A DNA stretch of 64,000 bases, from contig NW_026867487.1 in assembly GCF_020745735.1 (NCBI RefSeq), forward strand, positions 3,348,001-3,412,000, written 5' to 3'. The position numbers were made by a program, and so were the translations under genes. This document shows, one piece after another, positions 13,034-25,830 of this stretch (its first letter is position 1; every line of letters starts with the position of its first letter). The notes beneath the pieces are model-generated. The model was not told where the DNA came from and ran no database searches. It saw nothing but the letters and a program-made list of their open reading frames with translations. Source of the stretch: Hemiscyllium ocellatum (taxonomy: Eukaryota).

Positions 13034-13526
13034 AACTTCTGTACATGGGGCAGTCTGTTATTATTACTGTGAGGTTTCTGAAAGTGTAGAAATGCACGAA
13101 AGAGTCAGTCAGCTGCAGTCCATTGATCATCAAATTGGTGAACTTGTCTGAGGTCTGAAATACTGCAGAAATGCGATCTTTTACAAAGTCTGCTTCATTC
13201 TCGCCTCCTTCAGAATATCTCCTCAGCAGATTCACGGGCTGTGTGCCTGACTGCAATCGGTACCAGCATATTGAATAATAGCTCTCTGTAGAATCATTGC
13301 TACAACGTAGAGTCACTGTCCCTCCTTCTGTTCGAGCATCTGATTACAGTAACTAAGCGACTGAATCTCCATGCCTCAGGTCTGAAATTAAAACAGACAT
13401 TAATTGCAAATTGTCAGGGTGGCATCAACTAAAATTGTGGTTTAATAAAGGAATTTGAATTGCGTTTCTTCCATATTTTCCCGTCAGACTTGATGTTCAC
13501 ACAGCTTAGATGCTGAGTAACCACAT
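13034..13526 (-). pseudogene. Family A V pseudogene with decayed RSS
   Basis: Stops in leader, donor GT>GA, FR1 stops, second Cys>Tyr (VHFYTF); cacagta-22-acagaagtt. Confidence 0.9.
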
Positions 13527-14817
13527 TATTTCTATCCTTGGTATTACAAAGCTGTCAGACAGTTGAGGACAGCCATCTAAACCTCCGTCCTCAACGTGCT
13601 GCTCACTGACTCGGGATGATCCCACATCATTTCAATTTTTCAGTCGTGATGTTAAGAGGAAGGGAGTGGGGGCCGTCTCTCAATAAATTGACTCTCTCCA
13701 ATCTGAGTTGCAGCCATTGCAACCATTATAATAGGTCACTGAGCATTCTGTGACGAAGACTTTCTTCTATAAAAAGTAATTTCCCAGATTCCCAGAGCTC
13801 TTAATCACAAGGATATTTTGTGATAATCCAGCCAATGCATGCATTGAACTTAATCGCATTTGCCACCCGAGTGACTTAAGCCCTTCTCGTAAACCTTGTG
13901 GACCCACAAACCACCAGCTCTCAAAATGAAATCCCTCAAATCCAATCTACTGCATTACTGAACTCAATCCCATTCTTTATCCAGCAGCATCTCTGAAATC
14001 ATTTTTTTTAAGACTCTCCTGAATTCTGGTATTTCTCTGCTATATCTCTGTATTCGTGCTCAAGATCGTGAAGGTTTTCCTTTTGTTTTATTTCTCACAT
14101 CTTTTCTGAGTTGTGTCTCTCCTTCTTCTTCCACCTCTCCGGGTGTAGTTTGCTTCGTTTCACTGAACACAGAAGCCTTATGGAGCAAAACTAGTTTTAC
14201 ATTTCAATTCCGTCACTGTTGCTGTCTTTGAAAGCAGCACGCCAAGTATTTGCGTCTCTGTGTCTGTAATTAACTTACATCAGGGTCTTGTTTATTTTTG
14301 TGTGTGTGCATGTGACTGTTTGTGTGTCTATGTGTTTTGTGTGATTGTATTCTCAGATGTCTGTGCTTGTATGCTTGTACTCATGTGGGTTTGATTTTGA
14401 ACGTGTTTCCACGTGTGCATCTGCATTTGTACCTTTGGGTATGTGTGCACTTTTGTCTGTGTGTGTGCATTTTGTTTATGCATTTTGCATCTGTGCATTC
14501 CGGTGTAAGTGATCGCGTGTAAGTGACTGCATGAATGTTTATTTGTGTTTAATAGCTTTCACATATTTACGGCTGTGTTTCTGTGTGTTCGCAGTTCCAC
14601 TGTCTGTCCTGTCGACCAGAGTATCGGATTTTAAAGATGTTTAGAATAATTAAAAGTTTCATCCACAGCGTTACTTCACATTTCTAATGTCAATTCAGAT
14701 TAAAATTCTCGTTGGTTGCAGATATGCATTGTCCAGAGGGATGATAATAAATGAAAAAACGAAGAAAAACTATCTGTCTCTTTCCCTGTTTCTCCCCAAG
14801 TGTTCAACATGACACAA

Positions 14818-14833
14818 TGTCACCCTCTGCAGG
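14818..14833 (-). promoter_or_regulatory. CTCF-like core ~1.3 kb upstream of the 13.5-kb V
   Basis: CCTGCAGAGGGTGACA on the minus strand. Confidence 0.55.
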
Positions 14834-14984
14834 TAGATATCCGTTCGTTTACAAGCGGAAGATGATAACCATTTGAAATTCAGTCAGAGGGACGAAAGCT
14901 ACACACAGCCCCATTTAAACCCAAAGTAGATCTAATTACATGGACAGTCAATGTGTGGTCTCAGCTACTCTCCACTCATAGAGT

Positions 14985-16600
14985 CATAGAGTCACAGAAA
15001 TATACAGCATGGAAACAGATCCTCCGGACCAACCCATCTATGCCGACCAGATATCACAACCCAATCCAATCCCACCTGCCAGCACCCGGCCCATATCCCT
15101 CCAAATCTTTCCGATCAATATACCCATCCAAATGCCTAGCAAATGTTGCAATTGTACCAGTCTCCTCTATTTCCTCTGGAAGTTCATTCCATACACGTAC
15201 CATCTTCAGTGTGAAAATGTTGCCCCTTAGGTCTCTTTTATATCTTTCTCCTCTCACCCTCAAGCTATGCCCTCTTGTTCTGGACTCCCCGGCACGAGGG
15301 AAAAGACTTTGTCTCTTCATCCTATCCATGGCACTCATACTTTTGTAAACCACTATAAGGTCACTCCTGAACTGCCGACACTCCAGGAAAACAGCCCCAG
15401 CCTGTTCAGCCAATCCCTATAGCTCAGATCCCCAACTCTGGCAACATCCTTGCAAATCATTTCTGAACCCTTTTAAGTTTCACAACATCTTTCTGATACG
15501 AAGGAGACCAGAATTGCACGCAATATTTCAACAGAGGCCTAACCAATGTCCTGTACAGCCGCAACATGACCTCCCAACTCCTGTATGCGACACTCTGACC
15601 AATAGAGGAAAGCAGTCCCAACGCCTTCTTCACTATCCTATCTACCTGCGACTCCATTTTCAAGGAAATATGAACCTGCATTCCAAGATCTCTTTGTTCA
15701 GCAACACTCCCTAGGACCTTACCATTAAGCCTATAAGTCCTGCTAAGATTTGCTTTCCTAAAATGCAGCACCTCGCATTGATCTGAATTGAACTCCATCT
15801 GCCACTTCTCAGCCCATTGTCCCATCTGGTCCAGATCCTGTTGTAATTTGAGGTAACCCTCTTCGCTGTCCCACTACACCTCCAATTTTGCTGTCATCTG
15901 CAAACTGACTAACTGTACCTCTTATGCTCGCATCCAAATCATTTGCAGAAATGACAAAAAGTAGTGGACCCAGCACTGATCCTTGTGACACTCCACTGTT
16001 CACAGGCCTCCACTTTGAAAAACAACCCTCCACCACCACCCTCTGTCTTCTACCTTTGAGCCAGTTCTGTATCCAAATGTCTAGTTCTCCCTGTATTTAT
16101 TGAGATCTAACCTTGCTAATCAGTCTCCCATGGGGAACCTTGTCGAACACCTTACTGAAGTACATATACATCACATCTACTGCTCTGCCCTCATCAATGT
16201 TCTTTTTTACTTCTACAAAAAACTCAATCAAGTTTGTGAGACATGATTTCCCGCGCACAACGCCATGTTGACTCTCCCGAATCTGTCCATGCCTTTCCAA
16301 ATACATGTACGTCTTGTCCCTCAGGTTTCCCTCCAACAACTTTCCCACCACCGAGGTCAGGTTCACCGGTGTATTGTTCCCTGGCTTGTCGTTACTGCTC
16401 TTTTTAAACAGTGGCACCACGTTAGCCAACCTCCAGTCTTCCGGCACCTCATCTGTGACTATTGATGATACAAATATCTCAGCAAGAGGCCCAGCAATCA
16501 CATCTCTAGCTTCCCACAGAGGTCTCTGGTACACTAGATCAGGCCCTAGGGATTTATCCACTTTTACATGTTTCAAGACATCCAGCAGTTCCTCCTCCAC
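14985..16600 (-). mobile_element. 5'-truncated CR1-type LINE
   Basis: ORFs with PEDWRLANVVPLFKK, FSKVFDKVPHGRL, GVSQGSVLGPLLF, KWQMEFN. Confidence 0.92.
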
Positions 16601-17850
16601 TCACATGTCAAGTTGAAGTTAATAAATTTTCTCGTCATACTTTTTCTCTGTTTCTCTATGCTTGAAAGACTACAGTTCTGAAACGTGCTTTCCACATCTC
16701 CCATGCCTTTAGAAAGGAATGATTTCTTTTTTGAGCGGTGTTTTCGCTCAAAGGGTGTTTCTGGATCAGCAATGGTATGCACACGCTCAACAGATCTCAC
16801 AACATAGACTAAAGTCTAGATACTCTTAAACTTCAACTATCTCGCTCCGGCTGTTAAACATCATTCATTTGTTAATTTATTCGTAACAATTAGCAGGTCA
16901 GCGATACATCTCAAAATATGCACTCTAATGTGCGCAGCCCATCCCAGGAAAACAGCATTAACGTGGCACAAAATGAAATAAGGTTATTCGAAAGCGGGAG
17001 TTCTGAAGAGAAATGAGGGCAAAGTAAACATATTTTGTGTTCACAATGATCAGAATCATTCTTCCATCTGCAGGCGGGATGAATTGGGAAGGAGACAGTC
17101 TGGTAGTTCTCTTACTTTTGAGTCTGGAGACCGAACATGCTCTGAGTGTTTGAAGTGAAGACTTGGCAGCATAGAGGGAGAAATTTTGCTGTCGCCAATG
17201 GGGATGTGTCTGTATCGAAGGCATAATATCTGCATATGGACCCACATATTTCAGAAACAGATCAGGAGGAGTATCTTCTTCTCAGATGGCAAAAAATCTG
17301 TGGAATTATTTACCTCAGATGTCAGTTTGTTCTACGTAATTGATGCTGCAATACAGTGTTTTTTTTTTTCTGAGGAAGACAATCAAGGCTTCTGAATAAT
17401 AGGCAGAAGTGTGGAGTTCAAAATTATCAGCTGTGATGTCTTCGAAATTTGGATTCATCTCGATGGACTGAATGGCCTTTTTTTTTGTTCCATGTCTTCG
17501 ATTCTGAAAGTCTTACGACTGCAGCCAGAAGACAATGGAGGCTCATGTTTCTGCCCTTCGTACAATTAGTTGTTAAGATCTGGCATACACAAATTACTGT
17601 TAGAAAGGGAAGTTAAGCGCAGTTTAATAAAAGTAAACAGATGAGCATGTACTTATACATGATGTACCAGTTCTGTGAAAGCAGGATTGGGCAGGGTATT
17701 CTTGAGCGGGAACAGAATACGTCATCAGAGATATGTAAGGAAACATGGCCCCCTTTTTCACTTTAAAGCGTTCTGAATCGCTTTTCTAAAGTCAATGGTG
17801 GGTTCATTGGTGCTTTGAGAATCAGCAGAGATACTTCATTTCCTCTTGTG

Positions 17851-17889
17851 GGTTTTTTTACAGGTATAGATTTGATCTGTTTCACTATG
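17851..17889 (-). other. 23-bp-spacer RSS of the VH-like segment (non-canonical)
   Basis: CATAGTG-23 nt-AAAAAAACC directly after the coding end. Confidence 0.85.
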
Positions 17890-18364
17890 TCACTACACAA
17901 TAATATATCGCACTGTCTGATATTCTTAATGTCTTGATAGTCAAAGAGAAGGTGTTGTTTGATAAATCTTTGGCAGCAGTAACTCGTCCTGTCACCTCTG
18001 GATTATAATCCTTGCTGCTTTCGCTGTAGTAATAAACAAGCCATTGCAGGCCATTCCCAGGGCGTTCAATGTACCAGAACATCCTTTCGCTCCTCAGATC
18101 GAATCCGCTGGTTGCACAGGTCAGTGTCAGGGATTGCCCAGAGATACCTGACTCTGCCTGTTGCTGAGTCAACGTTACCACTGATTCGGCACCTAGTAAA
18201 GCAAAATGACATTCATTAAACCAGTGTGACTTGGCGTTGTGTACTTCTCCCCAGCGAGAGAATGAACAGAGGAAACGAAAATGGTTAAAAATTTGGAGAG
18301 AAGGGAATGGGATATACGCACTGCATAAGAATACAAGAATCAGAACCACAGATATCAGTGACAT
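17890..18364 (-). CDS. Immunoglobulin heavy-chain-like V segment (IgW/IgM VH or TAILV-like), intact ORF: leader 18322-18364, V exon 17890-18192
   Basis: Spliced MSLISVVLILVFLCSAES-VVTLTQQQAESGISGQSLTLTCATSGFDLRSERMFWYIERPGNGLQWLVYYYSESSKDYNPEVTGRVTAAKDLSNNTFSLTIKTLRISDSAIYYCVV; both Cys and Trp present; 129-nt GT-AG intron. Confidence 0.88.
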
Positions 18365-18959
18365 CCTCCTTCCTGAAACTATGTTAAAAGAGATAGCCTG
18401 TCCTCCAGTCACCCATAGACAACGCAGTTTGGCAGATTGTTGGCTTTTCATCTGCCCTCACAGGCATTTATGAATACGCAGAACTGAGGGCGGGTTTGAT
18501 GACACTGTCATTGGTCGCCTGATAGCGATGTCTGATGGAAACAATACAAGTTTCTTCCCGTCAGTAGGGGGCTCTGCAACAACATCGTCTCGGTGTCAAT
18601 GCTGTGTGAAGAATTAAGTACACTATTTGCCAAAAAGAGAAAAGGATTCCGTCTCAACGTACACATAGGGTCAGATTTGGGACGAAAGAGCGCCTCAGTA
18701 TGAGGACAAATCAGCATGTGTCTATTGGGATTACAGAGGTGTCCGACACTGAAATGACAGAGTGTGTCAACATAGGAATCACGAAGATGATCAGTTAGGA
18801 GTTTCCAGCGTCACTCTTTATTTGACTTACAGAGCTGGACGTGTGGGAATTTTAGATGGGGAAGTGTGAGGGTGACAGATTATCAGAGTGGGAGAGGTAT
18901 TCAGTTTCTGGCTTGCACAGTCATTATCGTGAGAATGACAGATTTAGTCAATGTGGGGA

Positions 18960-20780
18960 TTTTAGGAGTCAGTGTGGAGATTTGATTTGATGTGATTTGA
19001 TTTATTGTCATATGTACCTATGTACAGTCAACAACATTATTTGTGAGCAGTACAGGCAGACATTGTAAGCAAGGACGTATAGAGCATACGATGAAAAAAG
19101 GACTTGGACAGAGTAAGGCAGACAGGTAACAAGGCATAAGGCATGCGCTCGTCAATATCAGCGTGAACATGATCAGCATTATTTGAATGTAGAAAGTCCG
19201 TTCATCTGTCCAATAATGGCAGGGAAGAAGCTGTTCTTGAACCTGCTGATGGGTGTGTTCACTCTTCTGTATCTTCAGTCTGACGGTTGAAATTGTAGGA
19301 GACTTTTTCCACAGTGGATGCAACTTTGATCCTGTTGGCAGCCTTTCTGTGGCTAATGGATGTGTATATGAATTGCATGGATAGGATGTCGGCGTCCATG
19401 ATGGTCTAGGTTGTGCTCACGACCTTGCGATTGTAACGGGAGTCTGCAAAGCAGTTACTGGGTCAGACCGTTATGCAAACTAGACGGTATGGCTTGCATG
19501 GTGCATCTGTAAAAGTTGGCGAGAGTCCTTATGGATATGCCAGATTTCCTGAGCTGCCTGAGGAAGAAGATGCTTTGTTGTGTTTTACCAATTGTCCCAT
19601 CTACATGAGAAGTCCAGGATAGATTTCCGTTTATTGTCACTCCTAGGAAATTGACACTTTCAACTCTCTCAACTTCCTTTCCATTAATGTAGATAGGGGC
19701 GTGTTCTCCTCTCTTCCTCCTGAAGTCAATGGTCATTTCTTTAGTTTTGTGGACATTGAGACAAAGCCTTTTATCATTGCACCGCGTCGCCAAGCCCTCT
19801 TTCCCCTTTCTGAAGTCTGATTCACAGTTGTTTAACATCGGTCCTACCCGTGGTGTCATCAGCAAATCTGTCGATGGTATTTGTTCAGGATTTGGCAACA
19901 CATTAGTGGGTGCACAGGGATTACAGCAGGAGGCTGAAAATGCATCCATCGGAGGAGAGGGGCTCCAATGTTAAGTATCATCTTGGAGGATTTGCTGTTG
20001 TTTATCTTCACTAATTGCGTTCTATGGGCCGGCTAAGGCTCCAGTTGCAGTGTGTGGAGCTGAGACCTGAGACTCTGAGTTTTTAGACCAGTCTAGAGGG
20101 GATAATGGTGTTGGAGGCGGAGCTATAATCAAGAGTCAGTATTTTGGATTAGTGGTGCTGGAAGAGCACAGCAGTTCAGGCAACATCCGACGAGCAGTCC
20201 GGATGCTGCTTGAACTGCTGTGCTCCTCCATCACCACAAATCCAAAATCTGGTTTCCAGCATCTGCAGTCATTGTTTTTACCATCAAGAAGCTGTCGTCT
20301 GATGTTGGTGTCCTTGATGTCCAGGATACTTAGGGATAGGCATAGGAATGTGAAAATGGTGTTCGCTGTGGACTGTTACATTGGTTGGTAAATTTCGAGG
20401 GATCAAGGCAGGCTTGGAGACTGGAGTTGATTGAGGCCATGACCTGCGTCTCGAAGCACTTCATCAATGTGGAGGTTTGAGAGTCAGGGTAGTAGTCATG
20501 AAGGGACATTGCATGCGCTTTCATAGGTACTGGGTTGATGGTTGTCTTCGTGAAGCAGTTAGGACTTCGGCTTATCGGAGCAAGAGTTTAAGATGGCAGT
20601 GAATACCCCTGCATACTAGTCCGCACAGGGTTAAGTGCATGGCCGGGGAATCAGTCTGTTTGCTTTCTTTGTGTTGAGTCCCTGAATGACTCTCCTCATG
20701 TCTACACCAGTGACAGAGGGAGCAGGTGCATCTTTGGCTGTCGGGGCAGTTGCAGTGTGTGGAGCTGAGAACTGAGACTT
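18960..20780 (-). mobile_element. Rex1/Babar-like LINE remnant with an embedded Penelope-type terminal fragment (~20140-20280)
   Basis: KTKEMTIDFRR...VERVESVNFLGVTI..NLSWTSHVD...IRTLANFYRCT; MKCFETQVM motif. Confidence 0.8.
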
Positions 20781-21784
20781 GGAATTTTGAGATCAGTCTG
20801 GAGGGGATAATGGCATTGAAGGCGGAGCTGTAATCAAGAAGCAGTAGTCTGATATCTGGTCGCTTTTATGTATTTGTCTGTCAAAACTGCTTCAGTCTAT
20901 CCATGTTTTTATTTATGACAGACTTGCTCCTGGTTCCACACAGTGAGGATGCACAATGTTGTGTGCAATAACAGGGGCCCCTCTCTCAAACACAGGCCAT
21001 AATAAATCAGTTTATGTTGAGGTTGTTACATTAAATGCAGTACAGTGATTTTCGTTCTGATACAGATTTATTTCCTGAAATCCTCATCCAACAGTTGTGA
21101 GACTGTGAATCTGACAGCTTTGTAGGGTTTTGGTCAGAGATGATATCAAACACTTTCTGTGAAGTGCAGCACTGTCAATGAAGCCGTCTGTTCACCAGAG
21201 GACAATAAACTGGGAACCTATGGACACAGGCGGCCATCCGGTACCAGGACAGACAGGTATTCTCCCTCACTCCATCGGATGTGGTGAGTATGACACTCTG
21301 TCCACTCATACTGCCACCTCAAGCTTCAGCTGGCGAGCGAGAGAATCAGGCAGAATTCTTGAAGGGCACAAATAATAATATATGGTTAAAGGATATGGTT
21401 AATCCACAGGAGGTTTTGCAATTCGAACCCACACCCTCTAGACAATGCAGAGAAGGTACAATGAAGAAAAAGGAGAGGTGAGTTAACAAATAACAAGTGA
21501 TTTTATGAAGTCCTTCAGATGACTGTTCTAAACGTGCAAACATACTCACGAGATTGACGGATGGGCTATTCGACCCTTAGATCCTCTTCCACCGTTCAGT
21601 AAGTTCACAGCAGGTCTGAATTTAACCTCAACGCTTCGTGGACATCTCTGATGATGCTTCATTCCCTTGATGATCAATACTTTTTCTAACTCTGCCTTTA
21701 ACTCTGCATTTTGCATCCAATGCATTTTGAGAAAATTAATCCCAAAGCGTCAAGACCTAATGTGTCTGGCCGGTTTAACATAGA

Positions 21785-22025
21785 GGTGGTCGATGTATAA
21801 CCATAGGTACAACTACAGTCACCGTTCCTCCTTTTCCCCGAAGATCTGAGAACAGTGATAGAATCCCCAAGTGCCAGATCTGGAATGAAGAACAAGTATC
21901 AATTGCAAAATGGTTGACTGGCATCGGTTATACTTATAATCTTTCAAAGAAACCTGGCAAGATATTCCTCCACATTTTTCTGTTAGAATTGATCCCAACA
22001 AAACGCAGATACGGAATAGCCATAT
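21785..22025 (-). pseudogene. Family A V pseudogene fragment (leader and FR1 only)
   Basis: ATA(M)WLFRICVLLGSILT leader with donor GT>AA; DLALGDSIT then an 8-nt deletion; homology ends near CDR1. Confidence 0.75.
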
Positions 22026-24577
22026 TGACGCTGCCCTTTGTGTGAGAGGGCAGTCAGATAATTAAAGGCATCTGCTCTAAATCCCGGTCCTGCACATGAT
22101 GCTATCTCTAGCTCGCTGTAAATCCCGGCCCTCTGCATGATGTTCCCCCACAGTTGGTGGTGGAGGAAGACTGACTTTTAGTAAATTGGCACATTTTGAG
22201 CTGGTTTACAGTCAATCTTCATAAAACGGAGGAAAGAGAATTCTGTCACATTGGCCTCCATCCACGATAAGCAATTCCGCAGGATCTCAGTACCCTTACT
22301 CACGGGGCTTTGTTCGATTCTGTTTCACTTCCCAATTGATGTCCCTTATTGTTATTAATCCAGGTAATGGCTGCCCCGATAACTTCTTGTTATCAAAATA
22401 CCTTCTCTCAGATCATCGTACTGGCATCCATGAAATCAATCTGAGGTTTATACAGCAGCATCTCTGATATCACAGTCACCTGATTCCCTTTGTTTTCCAG
22501 ATCTCTTTTGCTGTTTTTTTTGTGTAGGACTCGGGATTGTAGCTCTCCATCATTTGGATCCTCTGGGCATTCTTCATTGAGCGCTCAATGTCACTTTAAT
22601 TCCATCCCCTCTGTGGGTTTTTTTTTGTCTGTCTTAATGGACACAGAGGCCTCACAAAACGAGGCGAAACGCATATTTGAAAAAGTGCATAATTGCTGTC
22701 ATCGGTCTTATCACCGTCAGCATCTGTCTGTGTTCATTCATGGGTTCACTTTATTTGTTGTGTGCATGTGTGTGTGTGTGTCTGTGTACACGTACGTGCC
22801 ACACGTGCAACTGTGAACTTTGCAGTTCCAATCTGAATAAGTTTCGGTGTGTGCTTGCGGTGTTTCTTTCTGTATGTGTTTTTGTGCATTTCTGCATTCC
22901 CGTGTATGTGCTTTAGTCAAAGTACTGTGGGTATACAGGAATATTTGGATATACATATTTGCTTTCATGTAAATGCCTCTGTGTTTCAGTATGTGTAGAG
23001 TTCTACTGTTTGTGTGTTTTTTTTTGCCTCTGACAGTGTCCGACAGAAACTTGTCCAAAATATCATAAATGATCAGTCTACTTCCTGATTTTCCTCCATG
23101 TGTTTAACGTGATAAAATGCCATATCTGCTGGTACATCTCTGTTCCCGGATAACTTAAAGGTCGTACTCCTCGGAGATCCACCCAAAGGCAATATTGCAG
23201 CACACAGCACTACCAGAACTGACATTATCATCAAATCACATACAGGAATAGTGTGTAGTCTTTGCTGCTCTCAACTCGCATGTTGAGTTGACTTCCATGA
23301 ATTCACTGGTGATATTTCAACGTTTTCTCTGCCAACTTTTCCTCTTTGCTCATGTGCCATTATTCTGGAAAACCTATTGTCCATCTTCCATACCATATTC
23401 CCAGAATCATAGCCCAGAGTTTGTCACGAGGCTGGGTTTGCTCAAAGTCAGTTTACGGATCAGGGCATTTGTTTTTACATGCGGGGCAGATCTAACAATG
23501 TAAAAACGTTGCTCATTAAAATAGACAAAAAAATTAGCCTCTCCACAATGTAATTTCTACTTCCGACAGTTTTTCTTATTGCAAGATAATCTAAATTAAT
23601 GATTTGTTTGTAATTGTTAACAGACCAAAGATTCACCTTTAGCTGGATGCTAAAATGTGCAACAATTATTCATAGATCACCTCTAATGTTATGCTATTTC
23701 AGGGCTGGGTGCCTGTAGAGAAACGATGGTGAAGAAACACGCTTTGTGTTTATCAGAATGAGAACCTTTCTTTGTTGTATGACCGTGCAGAGCAGAGGGC
23801 TCTTGTGACGCCATGGATAATGTCCCGACTTATGAGTCAGGAGGACTGCGTTCAAGTCACAACTGCTCTAGATATGTGCATTGAAATCTTGGCAACTTAG
23901 ATGTAAAAGTTATTTCATCAGTTGGAGAGTCTAGGGGACCAGGGGACGTATTTTGATAATAAAGAGTCATATATGCAAGATAGAAACTAGGAGAAATTTC
24001 TTCCCTCGGATGGAAATTCTAAATAATTCTTTACGATTGAGACTAGCTTGCCGACTATGTTCACGGCTGAATAGAAACATGTATCAGCAGTAAGAGAATC
24101 ATGGCTTTTGAGGAAAAAGCAGGAAAGTTAAATTGACGGTCACAATATCATCCATAAAATCATGGAGTATTGGTAATGGAATCAATGCCGTGTTTCTGCT
24201 TCTGTGTCTCATGTTCTCAAGATCTTGAGGTTGCAGTCAAATAAGTGAGTCGGCTTGTGGTTAGGAATCTTTATGCAGTGAGCTGTTGAAAGCTGGGATA
24301 GACGAGTAAGATCCTGCTAGAAAGGGAGAAAAGTAATGTTTTTAGAATGTAACCAGAATACTGCACAGATATGTGGGAGTTCAAAACTGCCAGTTATGTA
24401 GAAATACTGGCGGGGAAGGGATTGTTGAGCAGTAACTTGAAAGTGCAGGGAGAGATATGAAGTGCCCAATTATCACATTTTGTTCCTCGTGATGGTCTGA
24501 TCCTGTGAGCTGCTAGCAATGATGGCTGCATTGTTGCTTTAAGTGATAATTGAGGAAAATGCTGCATTTCCACTTGT

Positions 24578-24870
24578 GGGTTTTGTAGAGGAGTGAATCT
24601 GACCTGTTTCAGTTTGTTGCTGTGCAAAATAACATGTCACACCGTTTGAAATATTCATTGGCCTCTAAAGGAATCACACTGTTTGTAAAGTCTTTGATAG
24701 CAACAATTCGCTTTTCAATATCTGGCCTATTCGTTGTACTATAGAACAAGCTGTGGCAGGCCACTTCCGGCAAATTCTCTGCATCAATACATGCAGTAAC
24801 TGCCAAGATTGAAGCTGCTGATTTTACAGGTCTGTCACGGAGACTGCCAGAATAACTCCATTACTGCCTC
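24578..24870 (-). pseudogene. Second Ig VH-like segment, decayed and 5'-truncated by a Penelope-like insertion
   Basis: QSP*QTCKISSFNLGSYCMY*CREFAGSGLPQLVL...RPDIEKRIVAIKDFTNSV...LFCTA; RSS caaactg-23-acaaaaccc; spacer and flank resemble 17840-17885. Confidence 0.8.
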
Positions 24871-24874
24871 TCAT

Positions 24875-25830
24875 TGAGATTTCAATCCTCCTTCAAAAGG
24901 CCACCAACTCCCACAGCTGCATGGACTACACCTCCATCCACCCTGTCTCCCGTAAAAACGTTATCCCTCATTCTCAATTCGTCTGCCTCCACTGCACCTG
25001 GCCCAAGAAGACCAGCTCCACCACAGAACGCACCAAATGGCCTCCTTCTTCAAAAACTGCAATTTCCCCTCACACATGGTGGATGATGCTTTCCAGCACA
25101 TCTCATCCACTTCCCGCAACTCCGCCCACAAACCCCACCCCTCCAACCGCAGAAGGGTAGAACCCTCAGTCCTCATCTTCCATCCCACTAATTTCCCAAT
25201 ACATTGCATCAGCCTCCGTCAGTTCTGCCACCTACAAACAGACACCACCACGGAAGACACATTTCCCTCCCCACCCCTATCTGTGTTCCACAAAGACCAT
25301 TCCCTCCACGACGTCCTTGTCAGGTCCATGCCCCCAAACTACGCACCCTTCCCTTCCGGCACCTTACCCTGCCACCGCAAGAATTACAAACCTTTGTGAA
25401 CACACACCACCTCACATGAGGCCAAGGCCCCAAAGGAGCATTCCACACCCATCACAATTTTATCTGCACTTCCACACATCATTTACTGTATCTGTTCCTC
25501 CCGATGTGGTTTCCTCCACATTGGGGAGACAGGACGCCAACTTGCAGAGTACTTCAGAGAACATCTCTGGGACACCCGCACCAACTCACCAACCACACTG
25601 CCCCCGTAGCCGGACACTTCAACTGCCTCTCCCACTGCGCCAAAGACATGCAGGTCCATGGACTCCTCCATCACTACACCCTAACCACCCGACGGCAGGA
25701 GAAAGAACGCCTCATCTTCGGCCCTGGGACCGTCCAACCACACAGCATCATTGAGGACTTCACTGGTTTCTTTATTTGCCCTCCTCCAACTCTTTCCCAG
25801 TTCTAAACTTCCAACTCGGCACTGCCTTCA
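24875..25830 (+). mobile_element. Penelope-like element remnant
   Basis: MASFFKNCNFPSHMVDDAFQHIS..., KERLIF..GTVQPH GIY-YIG-type motifs. Confidence 0.8.

Noticed and set aside
16600-17850. D segments downstream of the VH-like gene, as in shark V-D-D-J clusters
   Set aside because: Heptamer-like words (cacaatg 17042, tacagtg 17353, agctgtg ~17430) have no nonamer at 12 or 23 nt; no paired RSS seen by eye. An RSS information-content scan would be decisive.
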